DNA of 63,660 nt, counting the filler, from Hyphochytrium catenoides (lineage: Eukaryota > Protista > Hyphochytriomycota), in assembly GCA_900088475.1 (NCBI GenBank). It is 9 parts of 9 records of this genome, joined end to end, with 100 filler letters (N's around TTAATTAATTAA, not from the genome) between each part and the next. Parts side by side here need not be neighbours in the genome. Positions count along the whole stretch, not along the records: positions 1 to 16,606 come from FLMG01000019.1; 8 more parts are not named here. The stretch is one strand, 5' to 3'. Position 1 is the first letter of the stretch, and each line of letters begins with the position of its first letter. Below, one piece after another: positions 1 to 13,200 of the stretch. The translations under genes and the position numbers were made by a program. Under the pieces are notes generated by a model. It made no database searches and had not been told where the DNA came from. It saw nothing but the letters and a program-made list of their open reading frames with translations.

Positions 1-533
1 TACTTCTAAGCTCTATGACCGGTCTTCTGACAACTGAAAGAGATGTTGAAGAAAGAAGCTGCTCTCTTTATTACATAGAAAACAGAGCAACCTTCCTCCT
101 CCTACTTCCCTTCAGACCGCCTGTCTAGGGGAAAAAGAGAGCCGCCGCGGATGCTTTGCTAGAACATGCCGTAGATACTGGGAAGGAAGCTAGAGAACGG
201 CAGGGAAGAGAGAGAAAAAGACAGAGAGAAAGAAAGAGGACAGGGTGAGTACCAACACCTAGTGAACGACGCAAGGACCAATCATCGGCAGCCAAGAGAT
301 GAGCAGACAGAGCATCAACGAGAGAACACTCAGCGAGAAGAAGAAGGGCCATCGTCGTCCATTGAGGCATCAGCACACGGTTTGACGTCACTAGGAAATC
401 AGCCAATGTAGATAAGTGCAAGCATCATTGCGCCTCTAACAAGACAGCGACATAATCAGGAACGAAGGCCAAAGACGGTAGCAATGGAGAAGAAGAAGCG
501 TATGAATTGTATCGCAAAGTCTCTGCTTCTACC

Positions 534-868
534 TTATTCCTCCTTCTTGTGCTTTCTCTTGTTATACTTCTTCGCAAAGTGCTGGTTCCTCAAGAACTTT
601 GGGTCGAGGCGCTACATAGAAGCAAGGCAGAAATTGAGCTTATAGCTGTCCGTCACTTTATGTACAGAGATGTATGCAAAAGGTCTTTCTACGTCAAGCT
701 CCCTCTGTTGCTCCTCGTTTAATAAAGGCCGCGTCTGCTATAAAGAGCCTGAATGGCGAGACTTACCCCCTTGACCTTGGTGTACTTGTGGTTGGTAGGC
801 TTCTTAATGCCGTTCTTGTGCGCCTTGACGGACTGGTTGCGCGCGGTATGATGCTTCTGCTTGACCAT
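534..868 (-). CDS. RPL29: 60S ribosomal protein L29 (eL29), 2 exons (868-767, 611-534)
   Basis: Manual translation [34 protein letters not shown] | [34 protein letters not shown] intron at 766-612. Matches the eL29 signature HKNGIKKP...DPKFLRN. Not in the ORF track. Confidence 0.96.
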
Positions 869-1262
869 GGTTCCTGAGTTTGAGGTAGGCGGACTGCTAA
901 GCGTGCTCTGCAGAAAGATTGTACGGCAATGGCGGGGAAAGCGTGCGCAGAGACAGAGACAAGCAGGTGAAGATCATTGCCTCTCCGTCGCTCGAGGCGG
1001 CAGGCGCGGCACCAGCAGGTTGGTGGCCGCGAAGGATGTCCGCTATTCACGTCAGCCTTCCAATGTATTAGAATCAGTTAGTGGCGACATGATATCGGAG
1101 TCCTAGTGAACTGTGATATTTAGGAATAAAAAGGATCAATATAGCGTCTATCTGAAATCCATGACAAATGAGGCAAAATACGTTACCGGTTATCGTCTAG
1201 TGGTTCTGATCTGCTGATCTTTTTCTCTCTCTCTCTCTCTCTCTTTTTTTCTCTCTCTCTCT

Positions 1263-1309
<47 letters not shown>

Positions 1310-1619
1310 TCTCTCTCTCTCTCTCTTTCTCTTTCTCTCTCTCTCTCTCTCCTTTTTTTGATCTGCTCTCTTCTCTGGATTGGAAGGAGCCCATAAAAAA
1401 AGAACTCGCGGACCAAAGGAGAGAGATCTCAGCGATCTGAAGATAGGTTGGCGCATCTCAAGAGGAAGCATACCCCAGAAGCTAGAGATCAAATAAGGAC
1501 GCAAGGGAAAGACAAACAGAGAAAGAGGGGGGAAGCGGCCAAGGGCCTGGAAGAGATACTAGGAAGTCAAGGAGGCAAGGAGACAGGGCAGAGAGAGAGA
1601 GAGAGAGAGACAAGGGGAA

Positions 1620-1657
<38 letters not shown>

Positions 1658-1665
1658 AAGACGTG

Positions 1666-4166
1666 ATGCGCGAGATACTGACAGTCCAGTGCGGCCCGAG
1701 GAGCAACCACATAGCGGCGCATTATTGGAACATACAATATGTGCGTCATACGACTCTTCTCTTCCTCTCGCTCTTCGTTTTCGTTCTCTCTTTCTCTCTC
1801 TCTTTCTGTCTCACATTTAACACCCTTTCTTCTGTTTTTCTCTCTCCTTGTCCTCTCCTAATCTGCTCCTCTAGGAGGCTCTGAGACAGCAGCAGGTAGA
1901 AGAAGAAGGAGGACAACGGAGAGAGAAAGGTTCTTCCTCTTCCGGTCTCGACCTTTCTTCTCTCTTCCGCACCGTGGGAGGAGAGAAAGGAAGCCCTCAA
2001 GATGTCCCTCGGACTCTCATCAGTGCCCAGAGGGGGACAGTAGGCCCTCTCTTCTCAGCAAGAAGGAGAGAGAGTGGAAGAAAGAGACCTCGGGAGCGAC
2101 AAGAAAAGAGAGAGGGACGCTTGCCTTCCACATGGTAAGCTATAAGAGAGAGAGCAAAGCGAAAAACTCATAGTTATAAGCTGTACGAATGAAAAAGAAA
2201 TAGAGGGAAGAGGGGACGGCGGGAGAGAGAGAGAGAGAGAAGAACAGCGTAGAACGATAGGGCGAGAGAGAGAACAGAGGAGAGAAAAAGCACGTATAGT
2301 CCCAAGGATGCAAGTTAAAAATGAGACCATGCTGCTCACTCTCTCTCTCTCTCTGTCTCTCTCTCTTCTTATCTCAGGCCATCGCAACGGGTGCAAATCT
2401 ACGACCGAGACGAGGAAGAGCCCTCGCTCTTCTTCCAGCAGTTAGAGAGAAGAGAACAGGCGAGAAGGCAGGGCCAAGAGAGGAGAGATGCGAGCTACAG
2501 CTGGATGGAGAGAGACAAAGAAGAACAGGAGGAGTGTTTCCCTTCCTTTTCTCTAGGAGAAGAAGAGGAGCCTCTATGGACAGAATACTTTCTCTCTCCT
2601 CTGCATTCTCTCTCTCTCCTGGAGCTGAAGAGCCTGATGCCCCAGAACGCCTTCGACTATTTTCCTCAGGGAGGCTGGAGAGGTGGCCTTCTCTCGTCCT
2701 CGGACATCGACGAATGGGAGGATAGAATTAGAGCTTTCTTAGAAGACTGCGATGCCCTTCAGGTACGGTCTCTTCTGACTTCCTCTCGCGTTTCTCTCTC
2801 TCTCGCTCTCTTTCTCTCTCTTCATCTCTACTCTTACGCAGGCCCTCTCTCTTGTCTCTCCCTCTCTCTCTGCCTCTCCTGCTCGCTTTGTCTCTTTCTA
2901 TCTAGCGATCTTGCTGTGCTCGTAAGAGAAATAGGCCTTTGCCACACATCTAACTGGTCCTTTTCTCTCTCTCTTTCTTCTGTCTTCCTTTCTCTGCTTG
3001 TACCTGCATCAACTCGCACTGTTACATACATACTCTCTCTCTCTCTCTCTCTCTCTTCCCAACCCTTCTCTTTTTCTCTCTTTCTTCCGCTTTGCGCCTA
3101 GGGAGTCCAACTCTTTGCGGATCTGGATAATGCTTGGGGTCAATTTTCTCTCGACACTCTCTTCCACCTGAAAGAGGAATGCCCCTCCGTCTCTGTCGTT
3201 ACCTATGGCGCTGTGTCCTCTCCTGGAAGAGAGAAGGGTGAGGAGAGAGAGAGAAAGAAAGATGAAGAAAGAACAGGAGAGAGGTTCAAAAGAAGAGTTA
3301 ACATCGGCTGCTCTCTCTCCTCTCTCTCCAAAGAGAGTGATGTCCTGATCCCCCTCAAGGCTCCACGGCTGAGAAGAGAAGGAATTATGGGAGAGCACTC
3401 TCTGTTTCGCTCTTCCGCACTGTTAGCAACAGCGATAGACTCGGCTACTCTCTCTTTCCGTCACTCTCTTTCCTCTCCATCGTCCTCTCTCTCCACATGG
3501 GCGTCAAAGCTTAAAGCGAGCGCAGGAAAGAAGGTGGTCAGTTTAGGGGCGACGGAGCCTCTCTTTTTCTCCCCCTCTCTCTCCCAATCTTCTTCTTCTC
3601 ACCAGGAGGTCGTGTCTCTCTTCAATCAGGAGAAGATCCTCTCTCTCTCGGGTTTGCCAACGCTAGATCGCAGCACAGAAGCCGTGTACTGCTCGTTGAG
3701 AGGATTTCCTTTGTCTTCTCTCTCTTCAGGATCAGCCTCTCTCTCTTTGAAAGAAAGAATTGAGGGGCTTCTAGGAGAGAGGATGCCCCGATTATCTTTG
3801 CTCAACGTTGAACGCTTCTCTTTCTCTCTCTCCCTCCCTTCCTCTTTTCCTTCTCTTCCTAGAGAAGGAGCCAGCAGTGGAAAGAGAGAGAGAGTTTGTG
3901 CTGTTCTCTCCATTGTAGAGTCCAGCCCTACCATCGGCAGCCTGCTCCAAAGTGTTGCCCAAGGTATAGCAGGGACAGGGAGAGAGAGAAAGAGAGAGAG
4001 AAGTGAAGAAAAGGGAGTTCTTCACGCCTTCGCCCAATTTCAGCTCCAAGCAGAAGACTTGCGCGGAATGGCAGAAGAGCTGTGGGCGCTGGCGGACGAG
4101 TATGGGCCGCCAAGCGAAGAGGAAGAGAGAGACATGGGAGAGAGAGCAAGAGTATATTCTCTTTGA
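1666..4166 (+). CDS. MSTO1: Misato/Dml1 tubulin-like protein, about 4 exons
   Basis: Exon 1 MREILTVQCGPRSNHIAAHYWNIQ is a tubulin-like N-terminus. Exon 2 has SLFR..DVPRTLI. Exons 3/4 give WTEYFLSPLH..EDRIRAFLEDCDALQ|GVQLFADLDNAWG, the Misato E(E/D)CDxLQG motif. Junctions are GT..AG and phase-compatible. Confidence 0.88.
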
Positions 4167-4328
4167 CATCACCATCTCTCTCTTTCTCTCTCTCTCTCTC
4201 TCTTCTGCTTTCGGTATTGGCCCCATATAGCCAGCACATCCTAATAGAAGAGAATAAAAGTCAAGCGGTCCCATTCGAAAGCTTGCTTCATTGACAGGCC
4301 CTCTCTCTCTCCATACTCTCTCTCTTTT

Positions 4329-6314
4329 CTAACCTCTCCCACTATTTTGCACTCTCTTCTTCATCTTTGCCCTCAGTCGCTCTTTCTGTTCCATCAGCGA
4401 CCGGAGTTTTGCATCGCCTTCTCTCTCTCTCTCTTGTGGCTGTTGCTTCGCTCCAGACAGAGGGAGAGAAGGAGAAAGAGAAGAGACAGAATGGCGCCTC
4501 TGCTCTTTCTCGCTTTCCTCTATTTTCGACTTCTGCAGCTGCTGAGAGAACTTTTTCCGTGTCTTTGAGCGTGGCCCTGTCTCCCATACACCGCCAAAAT
4601 TCGGTAGCCAGTCTGGATCCTCTCTGTCTTCTTGTGTCTCCTGCTTCTTTTTTTCCGTCTCTCTCCCTTGTACGTCTCTCTTCTCTTTTTCACTTTTCTT
4701 GGAAGCTGCGGTGGTCGAAGTCAATAGAGGAGGAGCAGAGGATGGCTGAGATGCGGGTAGAGTAGGACCAAGGACACCGGGGGAAGAGAATGGGAGAATT
4801 CTTGGAGAGAGAGAAGAGATGGTCTCAATTTTCTCTCTCTTCGTCTCTTCCTCTCCCTCTGTATCTTCGAGTAGCCAAGGTGGTAAAGCTCCTGTATGGA
4901 TGTTCCCCTTCGCAGGAGGTATTCCCTTCTTCGAGAGACAGGAGAGGCCCGGACCATACGCGTCTTCCGTGTATATAATGTTGCCTTTCTCTTCGTCTCT
5001 CTCTTTTCTCTCTTCCTCTGTCTCTCCGTTTTCGATGTTTGATGCTCTCTCTGCTGTACTCTCCATTCTTCGCAGTTCCTCGGCAACTAGGCGATCGATG
5101 GGCCAGACCTCAAAGTCTCTATGTATGTGTGAGAGAGAGAAAGAAAGACAGAGAGAGAGAGAATATGAGAGAGGGAAGGCCGGACAGAAGAGAAAGAGAT
5201 TGGATGAAAGAAGACGAGAAGCATAAGGTGAGGAAGAGAGTTAAAGGAGAAAAGGGTCAGAGAAAGAGCAGCACCTGTCAAAATCAGCGAGAGAAGGAGA
5301 GAGAAGAAAAAGTCACGGATACGGTACAGAGATCTGTAGCGATGGAATAACTTAAGGACAATAACAGAGAGAAAGAAAGAGAGAGAGGGGGGGAAGAAGA
5401 GATGAATAGGAAGACACCGACGGAGAGAGACAAGTAGAGGGAGAGAGGAAAAAGACGCAAGAACACGAGAGAGAGAAAGAGGAAGAGAAAGTCAACGGAG
5501 AAAGAGAACAAAGAGAGAGAGAAGAGGAGGAAAGGGAGAGAGAAGGAGCGCACTGTCATGACTTACTTGACCTTCACGATTCCCCCTCCCCAGACCCGTC
5601 GTCCCCTCTCCCACCCCGACGAATGCTGGACAATCCCCGCAGCACTCACCAGCTGGATAAAGGGGAGAGAGAAGGTTAAGAGAGAAAGAGAACAAGAAGG
5701 AGTGAGATGAAAGAAATGAGTAAAGAGACACAAGAAGCTTCGGCCGAAAAGAAAAGAGAGAAGCAAAGGCGGGGCCGGGGAGAAGAGAGAGACCGACAGA
5801 CAGAGAGAAAGTTGGAGAAGAAGAGACGGCAGACCTGTGATACGGAGAATAGGGTTAGAAAGAGAGAAGAAAGATAGCGTCAGGGAGAGAGAACGAAAGC
5901 AGAGGAAGCAAGGTGGAGAAGAGAGACACACGCGCGCGAGAGAGAGAGATGCCAATGCGCTCAAAGGCAGGCAACAGGGTATGTCCGCTTCCCAGGAACC
6001 AGAGTGCCTACCGTGCCGTCATCCTTCGTCTCCTCTCTCCTCCGTCCATGTCCCTCATCCTCTTTCTCGTGATGGAGAGAGAGAGAGAAAGGTGTGGTGC
6101 CAGACTTGTTTCTCCCTTCTTCTACTGCTTCTAAGACTGGCGCACCTGTTATTGGACTTTGCAGGACCACCACCCGAGGCTGGGGGAAGGTTGCTTGCTG
6201 AAAGAGAGAGAGAGAGAAAGAGAGAAAGAGAGAGAGAGNNNNNNNNNNNNNNNNNNNNNNNNNNNNNNNNNNNNNNNNNNNNNNNNNNNNNNNNNNNNNN
6301 NNNNNNNNNNNNNN

Positions 6315-6350
<36 letters not shown>

Positions 6351-6940
6351 CGTTAGAATGAGCGAAGCAGAGAGAGTCAGAAAGAGAGAGTGAGAGAGTG
6401 AGGGAAGATCAGGACAGCTACCAGAGAGCCAGAGAGACGGAGAGAGAAGCCAACGAGAGAAGTAAAGCTAAAAGATCACACTTCATGAAAAAGAGAAAGA
6501 CAGAGGACAGGAGAGAGCGGCGGAGAGAGAGAAGATGACAAACGAGAGATTAGGATAGGAAAAGCATCGTAAGCAGCACTAGCGAAGAGAGAGAAAGTGA
6601 GTTTAAGCGCTCAGACTTGGCAGAGGCAAAGAGAGGTATGTAGTGTAGGGACGAGAGAGAGAGAGAGAGAGTAAGAGAGAGGGAATGGGAAAGGAGAGGG
6701 CGGACCTGATGGGAAGCTGTGACGGCCTTTTGGGTGATGGCCCGAGAGACATATTCCAGCGCGCTCTGGCTGCCTACTCTCCCATTCTCTCTCTTCAACA
6801 CGCTTTCTTCTTCTTTCGTCCCAGGTAGCTCTTCTCTCTCCTCTTCCTCTCTTGTGCACTTGTCCTTGAGCAGGTCACATCGTGCATGGAACTGAATCAC
6901 CAGAGTTAGCGGAGGGCCAACAAAGTAAGGAGGAAAGAAT

Positions 6941-7007
<67 letters not shown>

Positions 7008-7579
7008 GAGAAAAAGAGAGGGGAAGGAAGAGGAGCGAACGTACAAAGAGGCAACATATAGAAAAAGCAGGCCAGCAAAGCAACTGCAGAAATTCGATCT
7101 CAAAAGAGGAAGAGAGACAACGCGCCAGCAGAGTGGAACAGAGACGTATAGCGAGGGAGAATGGCCACACGCAGACAGAGANNNNNNNNNNNNNNNNNNN
7201 NNNNNNNNNNNNNNNNNNNNNNNNNNNNNNNNNNNNNNNNNNNNNNNNNNNNNNNNNNNNNNNCAAACTCGTGTTGCGAGACAGAGAGAAGAGGAAAGAG
7301 TTCTTCTTTTCTTGCGCCAGCTCCCATTCTCTTGAGAAACTGCATGAGCTGCTCGCAATGCGCCGCAGAAGAAAGGTGGCGGAGGGTCTGGAAACTAATT
7401 CACCGTGAGAATGCAAATGAGAGAGAGAGAGGGGGAGAGAGAGGGAGAGACTCAGAAGGGAGATGGGAGGGAGAGAGACAGAGGAGATGGGAGAACGAAG
7501 GAGGAAGAAAGAGAGAGAGAAGGAAAGAGAGGGATGAGATGACACGCATCAAAAATCGTTGACCGTCAAAAGAGGGCAA

Positions 7580-7623
<44 letters not shown>

Positions 7624-8009
7624 GTCTTCTTCCTTTCTCCCTTCTCTTCGCCCACCTCCTCACTTCCCATCTCCTCTCTCTCGCCCTTCTTTCTCTCTCA
7701 CCATGCAAAGCATCCTGAATCCTCTATCTCTTCCTCGCAGCAGAAGCACCAGTGGCTAACATTATAGCCCTGTACATCGTACGCAGGATGCCAAAGAAAC
7801 TCTCTTGCTTCCTTCACTCTTCCTCGCGCCTTCTCCAACAGACTTCTCAGCTGCTCCTGGTGCCTCCGACCGTAGACGTGCTTCCGTCCCTCGCTATGAT
7901 TCCGGCGGCACGCAGGGCAGAACTGGAAGGAGGAGGAGGAGGCAGAAGACGAGAGAGAAGAGAAGTCGCCTTTCTTCTTCTTCTTCTTCTGATCGTGCCG
8001 CTGGCTCAT
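4329..8009 (-). CDS. CCDC84: CENATAC/CCDC84 (TITAN-like) homolog, about 6 exons, one junction hidden in an N gap
   Basis: N-terminal zinc fingers CPACRRNH..GRKHVYGRRHQ and WCFCC...LRHLSSAAH. C-terminal motifs KGNIHTGALPPWL and DWLPNFGGVW..GPRSKTRKKF correspond to the conserved CCDC84 motifs. Confidence 0.9.
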
Positions 8010-8246
8010 GCTAAAGCAGGAGGAGAGAGCATAACGGACCAGAAGAAGGCCACTGCCAGGACTCCGTCTCTCCTTTCCTCAGTGTTCTCAGTTGAAGCCG
8101 CTAGGCCTTGGCGTTCTTCTCTACCTTGTCTTCTTCTCCTCTGCTCTGAGAGTTCTCTCTCATTCTCTCTCTCTCGGTCTCTCGCTCTCCCTCCCCTTCT
8201 CTCTCTCTCGCTCTCCCGCCCCCTTCTCTCTCTCTCGGTCTCTCGG

Positions 8247-8278
<32 letters not shown>

Positions 8279-8584
8279 CGTCTCTCTCAGTCTCTCTCCT
8301 CTTTTCAATTCTGGTTGTAAACAGTGATTCGGGCGCCATTCTGAAGAGCCGTTAACGCTCACAAATGCAGGTTTTCTCTTCTTATCCCTGTCTTTCATGA
8401 TGATGATCTGTCACATAAGGAGAAGAAGAGAGAGAGGAGAGAGAGAGAGAGGGAGACAGGAAGAAGGAAGAGAAAAACAAAGTTGGGAGGGGAGGGCCCA
8501 GACAAACAGAAGGGAGGAAGGGATGGAAGTAAGGCAGCAGAAAAGACAGAGAGAGAGAGACAGAGAGTGTGTGTGTGTGAGAGA

Positions 8585-8624
<40 letters not shown>

Positions 8625-8952
8625 GAGAGAGAGGACTGAAGAAGCGTGCACAGAAATCGGAAGACTATCTGACCCTAGAGTTAGGAAATTTCTATCCAAC
8701 TGCCAAAAAGAAGATCGAACTTCGCTATGGAGGAGGCGAGGGTGGGAGTCTCTATATATTTAAAGGAGAGATAGCCGTGAAACCTTCCTTTCCTGGCTCC
8801 ACGGTTGGACGCTCGTATCACGAAACTATAGAGACGAACATGTAGGAGGAAGAGCATGGCTCCTGACTGATGGACGATACAGAGGAAATGGAGAGAGAGG
8901 GAGAGGGGAAGTAAGAGAAAAAGAGAGGAGGGAGGATTTAAGAATGAAACAA

Positions 8953-8986
<34 letters not shown>

Positions 8987-10220
8987 NNNNNNNNNNNNNN
9001 NNNNNNNNNNNNNNNNNNNNNNNNNNNNNNNNNNNCAAACTGTTCAGCAGATTTGAGGGCTGGTCGTGGTCGCATCTCGGCAAATTCCATGGAAGGACGA
9101 AGAGCATTCCTCTTTGTTTCCTCTCCTGCCTCTTAGCGTTGTCATCGGCCCGGCGTGGAGGGCCTGGAGAGAGACAGTTGACGGCCGCGGCAGAAGCTAG
9201 GGTTCCGTAGAAAAAGACACTTCGGCTGAGTCGAAGAGAGAGGTTGTCCGCTGACGAGGAGGAGAGGAAAGAGAGAGGAGAGACCTAGGGCAATCACACG
9301 CCTCAACCCGCTTGTCGCTTTCTCCTCTGGTGGGGGCTCTCAGAAGAAGGTCCAGCATCTCAAAAGTGAGGCTTTCTCCGTCAGATTGTGTCCTTCGGAG
9401 GATTAGGGGGAAGATACTGAAGAGAGACGAGCGGTGTATCGCCTTTCTCTCCTTAGCAAGCCTCACACCAGAGAAGACTCTAAAGCTCTAGCGCTCTTTC
9501 TTTTCTTTTTCTGGTATGAGAAATGTAGCAGGACATCCTCAGCATGCTGGCGGGCAGGGTTTGTTAAGCCAAAATATTAGTTATGCCTGGTGAAAGTAGA
9601 GAGACGGGAAGAGAGAGAGGCCAAAGAGAGGAGAGAGAGAAGAGAGAAGAATATTTGGTGGAAGGCGGCAACCAGCGAAGTGAAAAGTAATAGCGCAGAG
9701 GTGTATAAGAACAGAAAAGCGACACAAGGAGAAGCATATGAGAGAGAGAGTCTCAAGGGCAAGCTTGTTTGAAAGAGAGAGAGCCAAAGAAAGAAAGAGA
9801 GAGGCAGACAGAGGAGAGGAGAGAGACAGAGAAAGAGACAAGGTGGAAATCATGGAGACGGAGTGTGGACCCATCCGGAATATCCTCACCTCGCTCTCTC
9901 TCTCCTCTTCTTCACTGCTGCCGCTGATGACACGCTTATTCCTGGAGAATGGAAGAGAAGTATGAGGCCTTTCAGCTATATCCAGCTCTCTTATCTGCCG
10001 CCTTCCTCATGTAATACTCTCTCTCTCTTTCCCCTCGTTCTGTCCTTTCTCTTTCCCTCTTCCCTCATCTTCTCTTTCGGTCCTAGCCATCTCCTCTCTC
10101 TTTTCATTTTCTCCGACTCTCTCTCTTTTCATTTTCTCCGACTCTCTCTCTCTTTTCCTTTCATGTCACTTCCTTCTTGAACCAGTGAACAAGTTCTGCT
10201 GCCTAGGAGCGCAGTCCCCG

Positions 10221-13200
10221 CTACCTGATTCTTGCTAGGCCACTGCTGCGACCCGCCCGACTCATAGTCTCTTCTCCTCCCAAGTGTTGAACTTTTTCCT
10301 CTTCGGCGGCGTGGCTCCTCGATTCTTCATTCTCTCCTGGCAATACAAGGAGAACAGAGTCTTCTTCTGCTCTCGCTCGCTTTCTTTGACCACTTAGTGC
10401 CCTCCACGATGTCGAGTGAGCTAGTCTATCCGTGCCCTCCGGTCCTCTCCCTGCAGCGATAAAGGTGCTTGAAGATGAGACAGGAATCCTCTCTCTCTCT
10501 GTCTTCGTCTTTCCTAGAGTCGGTTCTTCCGGAGTGACCAGTCCTTTTCTTCGGTCTTTTTTCTTATCGTGAGTGGAAGGGCCCGAAGACGAAGAGAGAG
10601 CGCTTGTCTCAATGTTCTCTTCTCTTACATAGTCATCGTCTCTCAATGCCACTATCTCTCTAGTTAGAGATGCCGCTACCTCTCTTCCTCCTCTGCTCCT
10701 CGTATCCGAGGTTTGCGAAGGGTCAGCGCTCTGTCTCAGAGCTTGGAGAAGAGTCTTTGAGCTATTCTGAGACGATGCAGTGCGTGCCGTTCGAGTAAGA
10801 GAGAGTGCACCCCTAGAGCTGTCTGTCGATAGAAGAGGCTTGGTGGGACAGAGATCATCATCTGACTTGAGTGAGAGAGAAGGCTCCTCTTGGAAAGAAA
10901 TGGATGAAAGAGGAGGAGGAGGCGGAAGAGAGACTCTTCTAGAGCGTCGCGGCTGCTCTCTCTTTTCTCTCTTCACAACCCTCTTGACAAGTTCTTCACT
11001 GTCTTTTATCGGGGAGAAGATGTCAGGGAGTAGATGAGACTTGGGTGGGCCCTGGTCCCCTTTAGCTCTTTCTGCGCCAGGAGCCTCTTGCTCCACCTTG
11101 ATAGCATCCTCAATCAATGTCACATCTTTCTCACATTTGATAGGGGAATTGACAGAGGGAGAAGCAGCAGTAGGGAGAGAGAAGGAACCATTGTCCCTTT
11201 CCCTCTTGGGGATGACCGATGCCGGTGTCGAGGAAGGAGAAGAGAGAGTAGGGTCTAACTCTTGTCCGGACAACGCTGCGCCGCCTTCTCGCCGCGGTTG
11301 TACTGTCTCCTCCACGCTCTCCTGTCGTGGGGCAGCTTGTATCGGTTGACCTGTGCTTATCGTCGTTGGGTCCTCTGATCCCTTCTTCTCTCTCTCCTTG
11401 TCTTCTGACGACGCCACTTCTTCTCTTAACGACTGCTCAGGGCAAGCTGGAGAAGGTAGAGGATCAGGCCTAGTGCCTTTCTCTTCTCTCTTGAACCTCA
11501 TAGAGCCAAATATCTCCCGGAAGGGGAATATTGCAGCGAAGAAGGGATGAAAGAGCGCCTAGAAGGAGGGAGACAAACCAGAGACAGTAAGACTCTTGTC
11601 ATCCTTTCTTCCCTCTCACAAAGACACTGGCACGACACATAACTTAAGGCTCTATCTTTCCTCTTTCTCTAACTTTCTCTCACTCGGCCTGCTATTCCCT
11701 CCTCTTCATTCTGGCCCTTCCACGGACACCTTCCCCAGCGCTAAAGAGCCATAGCTCAATTCAATAGACTATAGATCACTGCTACCGCTGACCATGTCAC
11801 TTATTCCCTTCGTTGCCCGCCCTTCTCTTTAGCTTTAACATTATCGAACTCTCTTCTCTTCTCTTTTCTGCTCCAGCCTCTTTGCTCCTTTTTTAATTAC
11901 CTCAGTGGCAGACATCCTAAGCACCGGATCAGGCTGTAACAGATCCTGTATAGAGACACAACGGAAGTTTGTTATGCGGAAAAGTGAAAGATGCTGCACG
12001 GGAGAGAGAAAGAGTAGCGGACCAACAAGAAAATTAGGAGAGATTCGAGCCCTTCAGGCGTTAACCTTGATGAAGGCAAGCAGAGTCGGGTCTATCGTGG
12101 AAAGCTGCTCCGCCAACTCTGCAAACCGAAGCTTTCTTTCCTATAAAGGGAAAGAAAAGTAAGAGCGTGTTAGCTCGTAGCCAGAGCGTCATTCTATGCG
12201 AGGGAGAGGAGCCAACCTGCCAGACGGTGCCAATGGAAGAAGAAGGAGAGAGAACGTCCTCCTTTCCACTCTTCTCTTTTTCTCCGCCGAACAAAATGTG
12301 CAGACCTACGAGGAGCTCCTGCTTGTTCTTGCACTCCAAGAGGTGTCGTCCCATGAGTAACTTATGTCCGAGAAGGGCATCCCAACCAGAAGCCAGCAGA
12401 AAAAGGCAACAATGAGAGATATAAATAGCTGCAAGTATTGACGCCTAGCTAGCATCACCTATCTGCATCAGCAAAGACATTCTTCTCTCTCTCTCTCTCT
12501 CTCTGTCTCTCGCCCCGTTTCTCTCCTCTCTCTCTCTCTCTTTCTCTCTCTCGCTGGCTCGTTCTCCCTCTCGCGTTGAGATACACTCTCTCCTCTCTCC
12601 TAAGCAGCGATAGAACCAAAAGCGAGTCGTGGACTGCTCTTTGCAGTGCTGAGGCTTCCTAAGCATAATCGCGGCTCTTACCTCCACCATAAGGCAGCCT
12701 AGAGACCACATGTCTATCTTCTCATCAAAAGGATGATGGCGAAGGACCTGCGAGAAGAGAAACCAAAACCCGATCAGTCCAGTATCTAACACTCCTTCTG
12801 GTCCCTCTTTGTTCTTTAATCTTCGGCCATTCGTTCCCTCTTTGGCTCTACCTCCCTCTTCGGCTAATATTCCTTCCCTTCTTTCCCTCTCAGCAGCTAT
12901 TCAAATCTCTTTCCAGCGGCTTTTCCCGCCATTCTAATATCTCTAATGCTCCAAGCACCGTTCTACCTCTCCTGATGGATTACCTCGGGTGCTCTATAGA
13001 GCAAGCTCTGTATCTCATAGTCATCACAATAGAGACCAACCTCCTTGAAGTCCACAGCGTTGCTGAAGTCACCCAGCTTCACGCGGAAGATGCGTCCTTG
13101 GTCCAGGACAGAGCTGCACCAGGAGAGACAAACAAGCGATAGGTGGCATGAGGGCAAGCTTGTGCCTTTGTTATAGCGCTAGGGCCCAACAGGGCATCAG

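Noticed and set aside
129-250. Exon-like GKKRAAADALLEHAV.. at the window start
   Set aside because: It may be the tail of an upstream gene but is too short and unidentifiable to support.
609-611. Extra Arg at the RPL29 exon junction suggesting non-canonical splicing
   Set aside because: The canonical GT..AG intron keeps the frame, so a one-residue insertion is the simpler explanation.
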